Shown here in pieces: positions 19,431 to 20,000 of a DNA stretch of 20,000 nucleotides. The stretch is from Vezdaea acicularis (Eukaryota), in the NCBI GenBank assembly GCA_026025075.1, contig JAPEUI010000024.1, positions 171,921 through 191,920 on the forward strand, written 5' to 3'. The number at the start of each line of letters is the position of its first letter. Position 1 is the first letter of the stretch. The translations under genes were made by a program, and so were the position numbers. Below the pieces are notes generated by a model. It searched no databases. It was given only the letters and a program-made list of their open reading frames with translations, and was not told where the DNA came from.

Positions 19431-20000
19431 TCAAAATACCCTTTTGAGAAAGTGCGCCTCTGTATTCAAAACATAGTCGTCCAGACTGGCCAAGTCAGGC
19501 TTGCTGAATATTAGATAGAAATACTTTAATGTTTCAGCGAGCCAAAAGCTCTCCATCCGATCCTGCTTTGGTGAGTCAACGTTAGTCACGTCGGATATGC
19601 CAGCGTGGCCAATGGACGTCCGAGTATGCCGCTCAATAGCTTCGAACATCTTCCAGGCCTTTTCCCGAAGCTTTTCGTCACCAGTGATACGATAGAGAAT
19701 GTAGATGGACTCAATGGCTTCCGGTCTATTTTCAAGTGGTCAGTTCAGAGTGTTCTAGTATGAATGATATGGACTGAATTGGCGTAGTGACCACATACCT
19801 CAAGATATATCGCTTATCTTTGAAGTCAGTCATGCCAGGGACCAGGCGCTTCTCTTTGATCAGCTCCTTCGCGCGTTCGTCCGACTGGTCCGGGTCGAGC
19901 AGGCCTCCACGGTACTGCCCCTTTGTGATTGCACGGTACCACGTCTGTTCGTTCCATTCACAACTATCCTTGCTTTCACAAGGTACGGCTTGAAAGATTT
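19431..20000 (-). CDS. GH47 class I alpha-1,2-mannosidase, 3' part only; exons (minus strand) 19799->20000 and 19431-19725
   Basis: GH47 motifs [40 protein letters not shown] and YVLNTEAH. Intron 19726-19798 (GTATGT..CTGAC..TAG). The gene runs off the end of the window. Confidence 0.94.

Noticed and set aside
2104..19433. Stop-codon readthrough producing peroxisomal (PTS1) isoforms
   Set aside because: None of the stops has the TGA-CTA readthrough context.
452..19993. Numerous 60-170 aa antisense or off-frame ORFs in the supplied track (for example 452-811, 3381-3746, 6833-7267, 13309-13737, 17206-17517)
   Set aside because: They overlap well-supported spliced genes or lie in UTR/intergenic DNA, many start at non-ATG codons, and none shows a recognisable motif.
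1..20000. Prokaryotic-type systems (CRISPR array, operon, defence island), rRNA, or an autonomous transposon
   Set aside because: All conserved genes carry spliceosomal introns. No spaced direct repeats, rRNA-like sequence, or transposase/reverse-transcriptase ORF was seen.

Overview
This is eukaryotic, intron-rich DNA from a filamentous ascomycete (Pezizomycotina-type genes; 44-213 nt GT-AG introns, most with CTRAY-like branch points). Hand splicing gives ten conserved housekeeping genes in a tightly packed block: haspin kinase (+), ENT/Fun26 nucleoside transporter (+), calmodulin (-), Tlg2/syntaxin-16 (+), Rtt103-like CID protein (-), clathrin light chain (+), Cdc37 (-), mitochondrial Mdl-type ABC half-transporter (+), Med20/Srb2 (+) and the 3' end of a GH47 alpha-1,2-mannosidase (-). 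The one accessory-looking stretch is about 7041-9648. It holds an intronless, secreted, 12-Cys effector-like ORF (7388-8083) whose frame continues through three stop codons into a decayed Cys-motif tail (to 8302). About 280 bp further on is a 54-bp, TA-flanked element made almost entirely of two head-to-head impala/mimp-like Tc1/mariner terminal inverted repeats (8586-8639). The calmodulin is also atypical: 148 aa, no Ala2, a D123A change, and four introns rather than the usual five. All exon coordinates were derived by hand and no database searches were run.
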